In this document: positions 1-7,903 of the stretch, one piece after another
Layout: each line of letters starts with the position of its first letter
Numbering within the stretch: position 1 is the first letter of the stretch
From: a virus
DNA: 42,680 nucleotides
Virus record (IMG/VR): IMGVR_UViG_3300045988_068495
Coordinates: 1 to 42,680 of that record
Reading direction: 5' to 3' (one strand)
Position numbers and translations under genes: made by a program
Notes under the pieces: model-generated
The model's database searches: none
Seen by the model: the letters and a program-made list of their open reading frames with translations, nothing else
Told to the model about the DNA's origin: nothing

Positions 1-113
1 CGAAGATAGGCAGCTCAGGCGACTACGCGAAGATAGGCAGCTCAGGCGACTACGCGAAGATAGGCAGCTCAGGCGACTACGCGAAGATAGGCAGCTCAGG
101 CGACTACGCGAAG
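1..113 (+). repeat. Coding 27-nt tandem repeat: 4 perfect copies plus a degenerate fifth
   Basis: cgaagataggcagctcaggcgactacg starts at 1, 28, 55 and 82. The unit at 109 diverges (cgaagattgata). Confidence 0.95.
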
Positions 114-341
114 ATTGATATTTCGGGTAACGACAGTGTGGGCGCTGCTATTGGCATCGGCGGCATTATAAAAGGAGCAGTCGGCAACTGGATTACGCTT
201 GCGGAGTGGGTATACGACGACGATAAACAGCGCTGTGCCCCTGTTTGCGTTAAATCAGCACAGATCGACGGCGAAATAATAAAGGCTGATACATGGTATA
301 AGCTTGCGGACGGCGAATTTGTCGAGGTAGCCGATGAATAA
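1..341 (+). CDS. C-terminal part of the nonapeptide-repeat protein (DUF7666-like family); continues the ORF that exits the window at 42680
   Basis: The frame is open from base 3. It reads AKIGSSGDY x4, then KIDISGNDSVGAAIGIGG..NWITLAEWVYDD..IKADTWYKLADGEFVEV, with stop TAA at 339-341. It is in frame with 41954..42680 when the ends are joined (g + cg = Ala). Confidence 0.75.
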   Translation, partial: KIGSSGDYAKIGSSGDYAKIGSSGDYAKIGSSGDYAKIDISGNDSVGAAIGIGGIIKGAVGNWITLAEWVYDDDKQRCAPVCVKSAQIDGEIIKADTWYKLADGEFVEVADE

Positions 342-852
342 ATACACGATCATCATAGCCCAGGTGTGCGCGGCGCTGCTGGCGCTGATAGTCATGGTAC
401 TGCTTGCCCTTGACAAAGGGGGCAACAAGGCCGATGCGGACGGTGTGCCGCCCGAGGTTGATACGCACGGCCTGTGCGTAGTGGAAGTGGCAGAGCCTGA
501 GTACGAGATGTACTTTACCGAGGCCGACGTGATAGCCCTTGCGCAGATGCTATACGGCGAAGCAAGGGGCTGCACCCTGTTAAATCAGCAGCAGTGCGTA
601 TGGTGTGTGCTTAATCGCGTTGACGATGCGCGTTTTCCTGACAGCATAATCGGCGTTGTGTCGCAACCGGGGCAGTTTTACGGCTATTCGGCTGATTTTC
701 CCGTGTGGGATAACCTCTATGCCGTTGCGCTGGATGTTGTTCAGCGCTGGGCGGCGGAGAAACAGGGCGCAGAAGTTGTGCGTGAACTGGGCAGCGAATA
801 CCTGTGGTTTACGGGCGATTCAGTCGAAAATCATTTTAGGGCGGTGTATTGA
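334..852 (+). CDS. SleB-like cell wall hydrolase (Hydrolase_2 type) with an N-terminal transmembrane anchor
   Basis: Hydrophobic N-terminus IIAQVCAALLALIVMVLLAL. Motifs ALAQMLYGEARGC, CVLNRVDDARFPDSIIGVVSQPGQFYGY. ATGA overlap with the upstream ORF. Confidence 0.7.
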   Translation: MNKYTIIIAQVCAALLALIVMVLLALDKGGNKADADGVPPEVDTHGLCVVEVAEPEYEMYFTEADVIALAQMLYGEARGCTLLNQQQCVWCVLNRVDDARFPDSIIGVVSQPGQFYGYSADFPVWDNLYAVALDVVQRWAAEKQGAEVVRELGSEYLWFTGDSVENHFRAVY

Positions 853-1523
853 TGAAAATTCTTGAATTATTCGCCGGGACGCGGAGTATCGGCAAGGCAT
901 TTGAGGCTAAAGGTCATGAAGTGTTTTCAATTGAATGGAGCAAGGACTTTGAGAATATTGACCTTTATGCCGACATCATGACAGTCAAGGCCGAAGACAT
1001 CCTTCAGAAGTTCGGCAGACCTGATGTGATATGGGCAAGCCCTGATTGCAGCACATTCAGCATAGCAGCGATAAGTCATCACCGCAGAAAGAACCCTGAC
1101 ACCGGAAACCTTGACCCGGTAAGCGAATATGCGAAGTTCTGCGATGCGGTTGATCAGCATGTTTTACGCCTGATTTCAGCATTATCCCCAAAGTATTGGT
1201 TTATCGAAAATCCAAGGGGCGGTATGCGGAAGATGACATGGATGCAGGGACTTCCACGGTACACGGTTACATATTGCCAATATGAGCTTGACAAGCCTGC
1301 TGAACAGCGCAGGATGAAGCCTACGGATATCTGGACAAACCATCCTGACCCCCAGTTTAAGCCGATGTGCAAAAATGGTGACCCTTGTCATGCGGCAGCG
1401 CCGAGAGGTTCACGCACTGGAACACAGGGCTTGAACGGCAGCAGAGAAAGAAGCGTTATCCCTGCTGCGCTGTGTCAGCATATCGTTGAAATATGTGAAG
1501 AATTATGCGTCGACCAACAGTAA
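849..1523 (+). CDS. DNA (cytosine-5) methyltransferase-like, short form
   Basis: ELFAGTRS (SAM motif I-like), ASPDCSTFS (motif IV Pro-Cys), IENPRG (motif VI ENV-like). ATGA overlap with the upstream gene. Confidence 0.6.
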   Translation: MMKILELFAGTRSIGKAFEAKGHEVFSIEWSKDFENIDLYADIMTVKAEDILQKFGRPDVIWASPDCSTFSIAAISHHRRKNPDTGNLDPVSEYAKFCDAVDQHVLRLISALSPKYWFIENPRGGMRKMTWMQGLPRYTVTYCQYELDKPAEQRRMKPTDIWTNHPDPQFKPMCKNGDPCHAAAPRGSRTGTQGLNGSRERSVIPAALCQHIVEICEELCVDQQ

Positions 1524-1649
1524 ACAAGCCCTGCCCGTATTCCTCAAGCTGCTTTAGCTGCCCTTGCAGTGATTGCAGAATATCCGGGATGGATGCGGTG
1601 CAGATTAACCAGATTGATTTAGGATTTTTGGAAGAAAGGAAAGCAGAAA

Positions 1650-1886
1650 ATGATAATCACACGTAAAAAGTTTGAAGAAGCAATGGCGAAGGTTCGCGCC
1701 GAGGAACAGGCAAAGTATGAAAAGTGGGCAAATGAGTGCGATGAAAAACGCTTGAATGATGAGCGCATAAACGAGCTTGATAAGCGCATGAGCAGAGCTT
1801 TCAATGATATCGCCCGTAGGCTTACCGAACTCGAAAAGCAAACGACTGCGCCACATGCGGTCGCGGCATACCCGTACGGTTATTGA
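1650..1886 (+). CDS. Hypothetical coiled-coil protein
   Basis: ATG is preceded by AAAGGAAAG. The product is charged and helical. Confidence 0.5.
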   Translation: MIITRKKFEEAMAKVRAEEQAKYEKWANECDEKRLNDERINELDKRMSRAFNDIARRLTELEKQTTAPHAVAAYPYGY

Positions 1887-1893
1887 GGTGGCT

Positions 1894-2298
1894 ATGACAG
1901 AGAAAGATTTGACAATCCAAGACCTTCGGCGTGAAAACGAATGGCTGAAAAAACGCATAGAACTTGCGGAACGGAAACTTGCGGAAACTGAAAAAAACAA
2001 CGACAACGACCGCTTGACCGAGCACATCAGAGAACTGCTGAAAGCCGACAAGGACGGGCGCGTAGTGGTGAAGCCGTGCAAGGTGGGTGACACGTTATTC
2101 AGAGTGTTCGCCGGAGAAATCTTAGAGCACAAAGTCGTAAACATGAGATACCTCGCAATACAGGGACGGTGGGACATTGATACAATCCCGTTCTGCTCAT
2201 ACGTGGAAAGTTCCATAGGGAAAACGATTTTTTTGACCCGAGAAAAAGCGAAAGAGGCGTTGGAGGCAAGGAAAGATGGCGACAAAACTGATCTGTGA
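1894..2298 (+). CDS. Hypothetical protein
   Basis: ATG 1894 lies 6 nt after GAGGTGG, inside track ORF 1804..2298. The N-terminus is coiled-coil. Confidence 0.5.
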   Translation: MTEKDLTIQDLRRENEWLKKRIELAERKLAETEKNNDNDRLTEHIRELLKADKDGRVVVKPCKVGDTLFRVFAGEILEHKVVNMRYLAIQGRWDIDTIPFCSYVESSIGKTIFLTREKAKEALEARKDGDKTDL

Positions 2299-2455
2299 CC
2301 GCTGCGGCGCGGAGATAAACCCAAAGGGCTCCGTGATCTATGCAGGAATGCGGCGGCATAACATGAGCAGAAACGAGACCGACTATGATCTGTGCGTTTC
2401 GTGCGTGCACGAGCTGCGTGCGTGGCTTAGTGGAAAAGAGAACGACCATGGCTGA
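2276..2455 (+). CDS. Small zinc-ribbon protein (59 aa, below the ORF-track cutoff)
   Basis: MATKLICDRCGAEI...DLCVSCVHEL carries two CxxC pairs. Its stop TGA 2453-2455 overlaps the next start (ATGGCTGA). Confidence 0.45.
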   Translation: MATKLICDRCGAEINPKGSVIYAGMRRHNMSRNETDYDLCVSCVHELRAWLSGKENDHG

Positions 2456-2786
2456 ATACATAGAACGTGAAGCGCTGTTACATGACATCGAACAATCGGT
2501 GGTATACACGGTAAGAGAAAAAATAACGAGCGCAGAAATGCGAGGCGCTCGCAAAGTTATCGAGCGCATTAAGTGTGCGCCTGCTGTCGAGCCTATTTAT
2601 ATTCACGAACCGACAAAAAGCGAGTTTAAGCGCATGGCGGCGCAGATGGGCTATGTCCTGGTAGTGCGGTGTAAGGACTGCAAGTATTACAAACCGGATG
2701 AATACGAATGCGGATGTGATTATGGCTTACCGTGTGTAAAGGCTGACGATTTTTGCAGCTATGGAGAAAGGCGGACTGACAAATGA
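2448..2786 (+). CDS. Hypothetical phage protein with a Cys-rich C-terminus
   Basis: Internal ATG 2448 of track ORF 2385..2786, coupled to the upstream stop. C-terminus reads CKDCKYY..CGCDYGLPC..FCSYGERR. Confidence 0.5.
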   Translation: MAEYIEREALLHDIEQSVVYTVREKITSAEMRGARKVIERIKCAPAVEPIYIHEPTKSEFKRMAAQMGYVLVVRCKDCKYYKPDEYECGCDYGLPCVKADDFCSYGERRTDK

Positions 2787-3187
2787 AAGAAATGGTTTAC
2801 AAGTCTGAGCGCTGTGATGCTGAATTGCTGGCTTGCGATACGTATAAGGGATTTGATTACTACGTTGTAAGCCGCGGAATGCATCCGTGCGCGTATGTCG
2901 ATATCAAGCATTACGATAAGGCGATTAACGCTAAAACGATTAACTGCCATGGTGGAATAACGTATTCCGAAAGCACGCTGGATGCGGCAGATCACGACGG
3001 TTGGTTCATTGGATGGGGTTATGCACAAGTTTTAGACTATTTCGGATGTTATCGCGATGCCCCGGACACGCGAACGTATCGGCGCTGGACAACCGCCGAG
3101 ATGGTTGCTGAATGCAAGCGCGTTATAGACCAAATCTGCGAAAGGCGGTCAGACGCCGACGTTGCGCCGGTGGTGCGCTGCCAATGA
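2783..3187 (+). CDS. Hypothetical phage protein
   Basis: ATGA overlap with the upstream gene. Contains CHGGITYSE and WFIGWGY motifs. Confidence 0.5.
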   Translation: MKEMVYKSERCDAELLACDTYKGFDYYVVSRGMHPCAYVDIKHYDKAINAKTINCHGGITYSESTLDAADHDGWFIGWGYAQVLDYFGCYRDAPDTRTYRRWTTAEMVAECKRVIDQICERRSDADVAPVVRCQ

Positions 3188-3590
3188 GCAATGGGACGAG
3201 TTAATAGAATATTCTCGGCATGCGACAACCGGCGCGGTGATTGCATGGGCTTGCGAATACCTCGATACGCAACTGCCGCAGGAGGTCGCGGAGACTATTG
3301 AGGCGGTACGGTATCGCTACGCAACGCCCAAAGCGACAGAAGCAGCACCGCAGCCCGAACCGCCAGCAGAGCCGATTGACAACACGGCGGCGGCAATCAT
3401 CAAACTGCTTGAAAAGCTCGATGAGGCAGTGAACACCATAACCGAAGCTGCTGACGATATATGCCAAACGATATCGACGGCGCGGAAGCTCAACGAGGAC
3501 TGCATAAACGCAAACTTTGATGTGCTGGCTAAGACGGTCCGCGACGGCGTTGAAAGCGTTAAAACGACGATAAGAAAGGGGAGGAATTGA
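3162..3590 (+). CDS. Hypothetical acidic, Ala-rich protein (start uncertain)
   Basis: Track ORF opening at TTG 3162 and overlapping the upstream gene end. No better start was seen. Confidence 0.4.
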   Translation: MRRWCAANEQWDELIEYSRHATTGAVIAWACEYLDTQLPQEVAETIEAVRYRYATPKATEAAPQPEPPAEPIDNTAAAIIKLLEKLDEAVNTITEAADDICQTISTARKLNEDCINANFDVLAKTVRDGVESVKTTIRKGRN

Positions 3591-3592
3591 CA

Positions 3593-3781
3593 ATGAGATT
3601 TATCTACACAGACTATATGCCTAATCAGTTTGCCATACTGCCTGCTATTGGCGTTATAAAAAAGCAGTACGGCATATATCGTTACCCTTACCGCCTTAGT
3701 ATTATATGGGGCTTTTGGGGTATCAGTTTTGGCTTAGGAAAAGCCATGGATTGGAAGGAAACTGACAATGCGAACACGTGA
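3593..3781 (+). CDS. Small membrane protein
   Basis: ATG 3593 lies 6-7 nt after GGGGAGGAA. Hydrophobic stretches FAILPAIGVI and IIWGFWGISFGLG. Confidence 0.45.
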   Translation: MRFIYTDYMPNQFAILPAIGVIKKQYGIYRYPYRLSIIWGFWGISFGLGKAMDWKETDNANT

Positions 3782-3929
3782 AAAAACCAAGCGCTGCATT
3801 TATAGCGATAGCTGCTTTAAATGTCCGCTAAGCGATTGCAGGATGAACACACCGGCGAAGTTGAATTGCCTGCCGCTGGACTTTGAACCGTATACAAAGC
3901 GATTTAAGGTGGTGACTAAGCATGGGTAG
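3768..3929 (+). CDS. Small Cys-rich protein (53 aa, below the ORF-track cutoff)
   Basis: MRTREKTKRCIYSDSCFKCPLSDC... Both ends overlap neighbouring genes; the 3' overlap is ATGGGTAG. Confidence 0.35.
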   Translation: MRTREKTKRCIYSDSCFKCPLSDCRMNTPAKLNCLPLDFEPYTKRFKVVTKHG

Positions 3930-4248
3930 AAAACAATCGGGGTTTGCAAAGCGTATACGGCACGAATTCGACATAGAGATGCAGCTTTATGTGAATAACC
4001 GTATGCAGATGGCCGAAGACGCGGCGTTTATGGCCGCTAATGATATTTTGGGCTTGGGCGCTGGACGCGCTAAGGCGTTCGGCGAAAGATTCGTTATGTA
4101 TGTAAACGAAATTGCCGAACTGTTCGTAGAAGACAGCGTGGGCGATAAAAGCCTGGAATATTCAAAAACCGTCCTTGACCGGCGCATCCGTGAAATAGTG
4201 GGCGAGGATAACTTCTCGCCATTCGATGAAAGGTATGGTAGGCGATAA
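3922..4248 (+). CDS. Hypothetical phage protein
   Basis: Track ORF, with a TAATG overlap into the next ORF. Confidence 0.5.
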   Translation: MGRKQSGFAKRIRHEFDIEMQLYVNNRMQMAEDAAFMAANDILGLGAGRAKAFGERFVMYVNEIAELFVEDSVGDKSLEYSKTVLDRRIREIVGEDNFSPFDERYGRR

Positions 4249-4409
4249 TGGCTAAAAACGTAGGCTGGGAAGCCAAAAGCAACCACGACGGCAGCTACAC
4301 GGTTACCGTTAACGGCAAACAATATTATTGCGCAGATACGCATGAATTTCTGCACTTTTTAGAAGATATCGGCGAAAGGTGGGAGGATAGTGAAATTCGA
4401 AAAAGATGA
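4248..4409 (+). CDS. Small hypothetical protein (53 aa)
   Basis: ATG 4248 overlaps the upstream TAA. The ORF overlaps the next GTG start at 4390. Confidence 0.35.
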   Translation: MAKNVGWEAKSNHDGSYTVTVNGKQYYCADTHEFLHFLEDIGERWEDSEIRKR

Positions 4410-4743
4410 ACGCCGCGAGTTTTCTACCGGCGCAGTGAGGGACAATGCCGCGGGGAAAGGCCGCTATGATTTGCTGCCCTGGGGAGCGATACACGCCCTT
4501 GCACAGCACTGTGAACGCGGCGCTATCCACTATGGGGAAAGGAACGTCGACAAAGGCATACCCCAGCACAGCTTGATAGACAGCGGCATACGGCATCTTA
4601 GCCTGTACATACAGGGCGACGCGGAAGCGCATCACCTTGTAGCGGCACTGTGGAATATAGCGTGGGCTGTGGAGCAGGAAATAAAACGGCCTGAAATGGT
4701 TGATTTGCCCGAACGCAATGAAAAATCAGGAAAGGCGTGGTGA
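4390..4743 (+). CDS. dATP/dGTP diphosphohydrolase N-terminal-domain-like protein (DUF5664 type)
   Basis: GKGRYDLLPWGAIHALAQHCERGAIHYGERNVDKGIP..IRHL..GD..HHLVAALWNIAW matches the remembered family pattern. GTG start lies after GGTGGGAGG. Confidence 0.55.
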   Translation: MKFEKDERREFSTGAVRDNAAGKGRYDLLPWGAIHALAQHCERGAIHYGERNVDKGIPQHSLIDSGIRHLSLYIQGDAEAHHLVAALWNIAWAVEQEIKRPEMVDLPERNEKSGKAW

Positions 4744-4745
4744 AA

Positions 4746-5048
4746 ATGATAAAAAAGCTACTGCATAAACTGCGAATATGGCTTATCAAAATGCTGAACG
4801 CCGTTCCGGCGGAGGACTTTGAGGCGATAGACGCTGCGAACAACATACTTGCGGCAAAGATTGTCGATGGCAGCAAGTCAGCAATGCAGCTTATGCGTAG
4901 ATACGACTACGCTGTGCGCGAAATCTGCCGGAGGAGCGACACAAGCTTTTACGACTGGTGCTGTGAATACTGTTGCATGACGCACAATTGCCGCCGTGAC
5001 GGTTGGTGTAATCGTTTCTGGCCGAGGAAAGTACCCGATGAGAAATGA
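4746..5048 (+). CDS. Hypothetical Cys-rich protein
   Basis: ATG 4746 (or GTG 4737). C-terminus reads WCCEYCCMTHNCRRDGWCNRFW. Confidence 0.45.
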   Translation: MIKKLLHKLRIWLIKMLNAVPAEDFEAIDAANNILAAKIVDGSKSAMQLMRRYDYAVREICRRSDTSFYDWCCEYCCMTHNCRRDGWCNRFWPRKVPDEK

Positions 5049-5253
5049 CTGCAAGGGCTGCACAGTGCGCCGCGTAGGCTGCCACGCCAATTGCAGCAGC
5101 TATCAGGCGTATTGTGCGGAGAATGATAAGCGTAAGGCGGCGGCGCGGAATGAATACCCGGCAAGGGAGCTGCTGGTGACCGGCTACATAAAACGCGCAA
5201 GGGCGGTAAAGACATTTACAACTAAAAAATGTTGGAGGTATCGCGGAACATGA
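5038..5253 (+). CDS. Hypothetical Cys-rich protein
   Basis: ATG 5038 lies inside track ORF 4996..5253. Product begins MRNDCKGCTVRRVGCHANCSSYQAYC. Confidence 0.45.
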   Translation: MRNDCKGCTVRRVGCHANCSSYQAYCAENDKRKAAARNEYPARELLVTGYIKRARAVKTFTTKKCWRYRGT

Positions 5254-5474
5254 TAATCCAAAGTCAGTGCGAAATGATGTTAAACCACATGCGCGAACAC
5301 GGCAGCATAACAAGCCGCGAGGCCATGTATGACTACGGCATAGGCAGGGCATCTGGGCGCGTGTTTGATCTTCGCAAGCGCGGCTATGACGTTGAAACAA
5401 CGATGGAGACCGGACTTAACCGTTACGGCATCCCGACGCGATACGCGAGGTACACGCTGCATGAGGGGCGCTGA
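5250..5474 (+). CDS. Winged-helix / HTH DNA-binding protein
   Basis: ATG 5250 lies 10 nt after GGAGGT, with an ATGA overlap. Pattern HGSITSREAMYDYGIGRASGRVFDLRKRGYDV...RYARYTL. Confidence 0.5.
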   Translation: MIIQSQCEMMLNHMREHGSITSREAMYDYGIGRASGRVFDLRKRGYDVETTMETGLNRYGIPTRYARYTLHEGR

Positions 5475-5688
5475 CGGATATTATGACAGCCGGGCAAAAT
5501 GCCCGTTTTGGTCAAAAGGCTCGGCACGTGAGAACAAGATATTTTGTGAAGGCCCATGCGGTGACGCGAGATTGCAGCTATGGTTTAAAGGCGACGAACA
5601 AAAACGCCGGGTATATGTGTCAAAATACTGCTGCACTCAATATGCCCAATGCCCGGTCTACAAGATCACATTAGCGGAAAAATACTAA
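5461..5688 (+). CDS. Hypothetical Cys-rich protein upstream of terS
   Basis: ATG 5461 lies 9 nt after GAGGT. Contains CPFW..FCEGPCGD..YCCTQYAQCPVY. Confidence 0.45.
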   Translation: MRGADGYYDSRAKCPFWSKGSARENKIFCEGPCGDARLQLWFKGDEQKRRVYVSKYCCTQYAQCPVYKITLAEKY

Positions 5689-5689
5689 A

Positions 5690-5722
5690 GGGTAGCGCAT
5701 TAAGCGTTACCCTTGTTTTTTT
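5690..5722 (+). terminator. Rho-independent terminator closing the early/middle operon
   Basis: GGGTAGCGC-ATTAA-GCGTTACCC forms a 9-bp stem with one G:U, followed by TTGTTTTTTT. Confidence 0.8.
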
Positions 5723-5731
5723 ATGTGCAGC

Positions 5732-5783
5732 AAAAAAGTGCGCAAGGTGGGGCTGATTAATGCAGCGCCACCTACATTATTAT
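5732..5783 (+). promoter_or_regulatory. Conserved late box, copy 1 (A6-GTGCGCAAGGTGGGGCT-N23-TATTAT)
   Basis: Shares an 18-nt identity with 10806..10823 and has the same 23-nt spacing to a -10-like hexamer as copies 2 and 3. Confidence 0.4.
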
Positions 5784-6269
5784 AAAAGCATGAGTAAATG
5801 GGATGATATCAAAACTGAATACATCACTACGGACATAGGAACAAGGCCGCTTGCCGAGAAACACAACGTTTCTTACAGCACCCTGCGTAAACGCGCAGAA
5901 CGTGAAAAATGGGCGCAGAAGCGGACGCAGTATAGCGCGGCCAAGGGCGCAGACCGTATCAAAGCACAGTTGGAGATTGACTATCAGGAATACAAAAGCC
6001 TGTTAGAGGCCGCCGGGCTGCTGTCAAGCAAGCTATGCAGCGCTGTAGCGCAGTTAACGGATGCGGATATTATCAAGGATAAACGCGGCCTGAAAAGCCT
6101 TACAGGGGCAATGAAAGACCTTGCAGAAATTCAGGGCGTTAAATCCGATGCTGACAAACGCGAGCAGGAAGCGCGAATTAAAAACCTTGAGCGCCAGGCG
6201 GCAGGGGAAGCACAGCCGGAGCCGGTGCGCGTTATCATTGCCGGTGCCGATGATTTCTGCTGTAAATAA
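5760..6269 (+). CDS. terS: Terminase small subunit
   Basis: Sits immediately upstream of terL. N-terminal HTH-like TRPLAEKHNVSYSTLRKRAEREKW, with a coiled-coil C-terminus. Alternative start ATG 5790. Confidence 0.7.
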   Translation: MQRHLHYYKSMSKWDDIKTEYITTDIGTRPLAEKHNVSYSTLRKRAEREKWAQKRTQYSAAKGADRIKAQLEIDYQEYKSLLEAAGLLSSKLCSAVAQLTDADIIKDKRGLKSLTGAMKDLAEIQGVKSDADKREQEARIKNLERQAAGEAQPEPVRVIIAGADDFCCK

Positions 6270-6271
6270 CC

Positions 6272-7903
6272 ATGCCTGAATACAAAATCGACTACCTAAG
6301 CCCTACACAACAGGAATTTTTAAAGGATAGGGCACATGTTGTGTTCTTTGGCGGCGCACGCGGCGGCGGCAAAAGCTTCGTCCTGCGTGCGTCGGCGGCG
6401 CTGTACTGCTTTAAGTTCGCGGGGATAACATGCATGATCGTGCGAAAAACGTACCCGGAGTTGCAGGAAAACCATATAGTGCCGCTGACACGCGATCTGC
6501 ATTGCTATGATGCTGATAAATCACAGCGCATGGCGAGCTATAACGATCAGAAGAAGGTCATTACATTCCCGAACGGCAGCAGAATATTGTTTAGGTACTG
6601 CGATACCGACAAGGATGCAGAACGCTTTCAGGGCACAGAAACGGATATTCTGTTTTTGGACGAAGGTACCCACCAAACCGAAGAACAGTTTAGGAAGCTC
6701 TCGGCCTGCGTGCGTGGCGCGAATGATTTCCCGCGGCGGATATATGTTACATGTAACCCCGGCGGCGTGGGTCACAGTTGGGTGAAACGGCTGGCGATAG
6801 ACCGCGCCTATACCGATGGGGAGAACCCGGAGGACTATTCATTTATTCCAAGCAAGGTCACGGACAACAAGCCGCTGATGGATGCAGACCCTGATTATAT
6901 CAAAAAGCTTGAAGCCCTGCCGCCTAAGCTGCGCAAGGCATGGCTTGAGGGCGAATGGGACATATTCGACGGCGCATTCTTTGAAGATTTCAGAACGCGC
7001 CCGGATGCGCAACTGTGCGCAAAGGCAGGGATAACGCCGGAAGAAGCTATAGCACAGCGCAGATTTACGCATGTTATACCGGCGTTTGACCTGAACGAAG
7101 GTGCTGCACGTGGCTGGACGATATACAGGTCATACGACTTCGGCTATAACAAACCATTCAGCTGCGCGTGGTGGGCTATCGACTATGACGGCGTACTGTA
7201 TCGCGTTTTGGAGCTATACGGCTGCACAGATACGCCAAACGAAGGTGTAAAGTGGACACCCGACGAGCAGTTTAAGCGTATCCGCGAGACGGAGCAGACG
7301 CACCCATGGCTTAAAGGGCGCAAGATACTTGGCGTTGCTGACCCGTCAATATGGGATGTGTCGCGCGGCGTGTCGGTCGCGGAGACCGCCGAAAAATACG
7401 GCATATACTTCGACCCCGGCGACAACAAGCGGCTTGCAGGCTGGATGCAATGCCATTATCGACTGCAATTTGACGATAACGGTTATCCGCGCATGTATGT
7501 ATTCGACAACTGCAAGGCGTTTATCCGTACTATACCGCTGCTGATGTACGACGAACATAAACCGGAAGATTTGGACACGTCGATGGAAGATCATTGCTTG
7601 ACAGGCGACACATTGGTACTAACCGGCAACGGTTACAAGCCAATTGAAAGCCTTGTTGATACATGCGGTACCGTGCTTTCACATGACGGGCAATATCACA
7701 GATACAACGATGTACGCCTTACAAGGGAAAATACCCATATATTAAAAATAACATTAGAAGACGGAACAACGGTTAAATGCACTGATGACCATAGGCTTAT
7801 GCTGGCAAATGGCGAATGGAAAACTGCAGGCGAGCTTGTGGCAGGTGAGGAGGTAATGACGATTGAATGTGCAGGTCATAAGCGACACGATACAGAAGTT
7901 TAA
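6272..7903 (+). CDS. terL: Terminase large subunit N-fragment (441-aa extein) fused to a 102-aa split-intein N half
   Basis: Walker A GGARGGGKS and Walker B ILFLDEGTH. At Cys 7595 the sequence switches to CLTGDTLVLTGNGYKPIESL ... KCTDDHRLMLANGEWKTAGEL, with stop TAA at 7901-7903. Confidence 0.85.
   Translation: MPEYKIDYLSPTQQEFLKDRAHVVFFGGARGGGKSFVLRASAALYCFKFAGITCMIVRKTYPELQENHIVPLTRDLHCYDADKSQRMASYNDQKKVITFPNGSRILFRYCDTDKDAERFQGTETDILFLDEGTHQTEEQFRKLSACVRGANDFPRRIYVTCNPGGVGHSWVKRLAIDRAYTDGENPEDYSFIPSKVTDNKPLMDADPDYIKKLEALPPKLRKAWLEGEWDIFDGAFFEDFRTRPDAQLCAKAGITPEEAIAQRRFTHVIPAFDLNEGAARGWTIYRSYDFGYNKPFSCAWWAIDYDGVLYRVLELYGCTDTPNEGVKWTPDEQFKRIRETEQTHPWLKGRKILGVADPSIWDVSRGVSVAETAEKYGIYFDPGDNKRLAGWMQCHYRLQFDDNGYPRMYVFDNCKAFIRTIPLLMYDEHKPEDLDTSMEDHCLTGDTLVLTGNGYKPIESLVDTCGTVLSHDGQYHRYNDVRLTRENTHILKITLEDGTTVKCTDDHRLMLANGEWKTAGELVAGEEVMTIECAGHKRHDTEV
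7595..7900 (+). other. Intein N-terminal half (IntN, 102 codons)
   Basis: Hint block A is CLTGDTLV and block B is TDDH (TxxH). A stop codon terminates it; no in-frame endonuclease domain follows. Confidence 0.75.

Noticed and set aside
1605-2324. A 239-aa minus-strand ORF.
   Set aside because: It is antisense to two coupled + strand genes, its product is Ser/Phe/Leu-rich and featureless, and it has no RBS.
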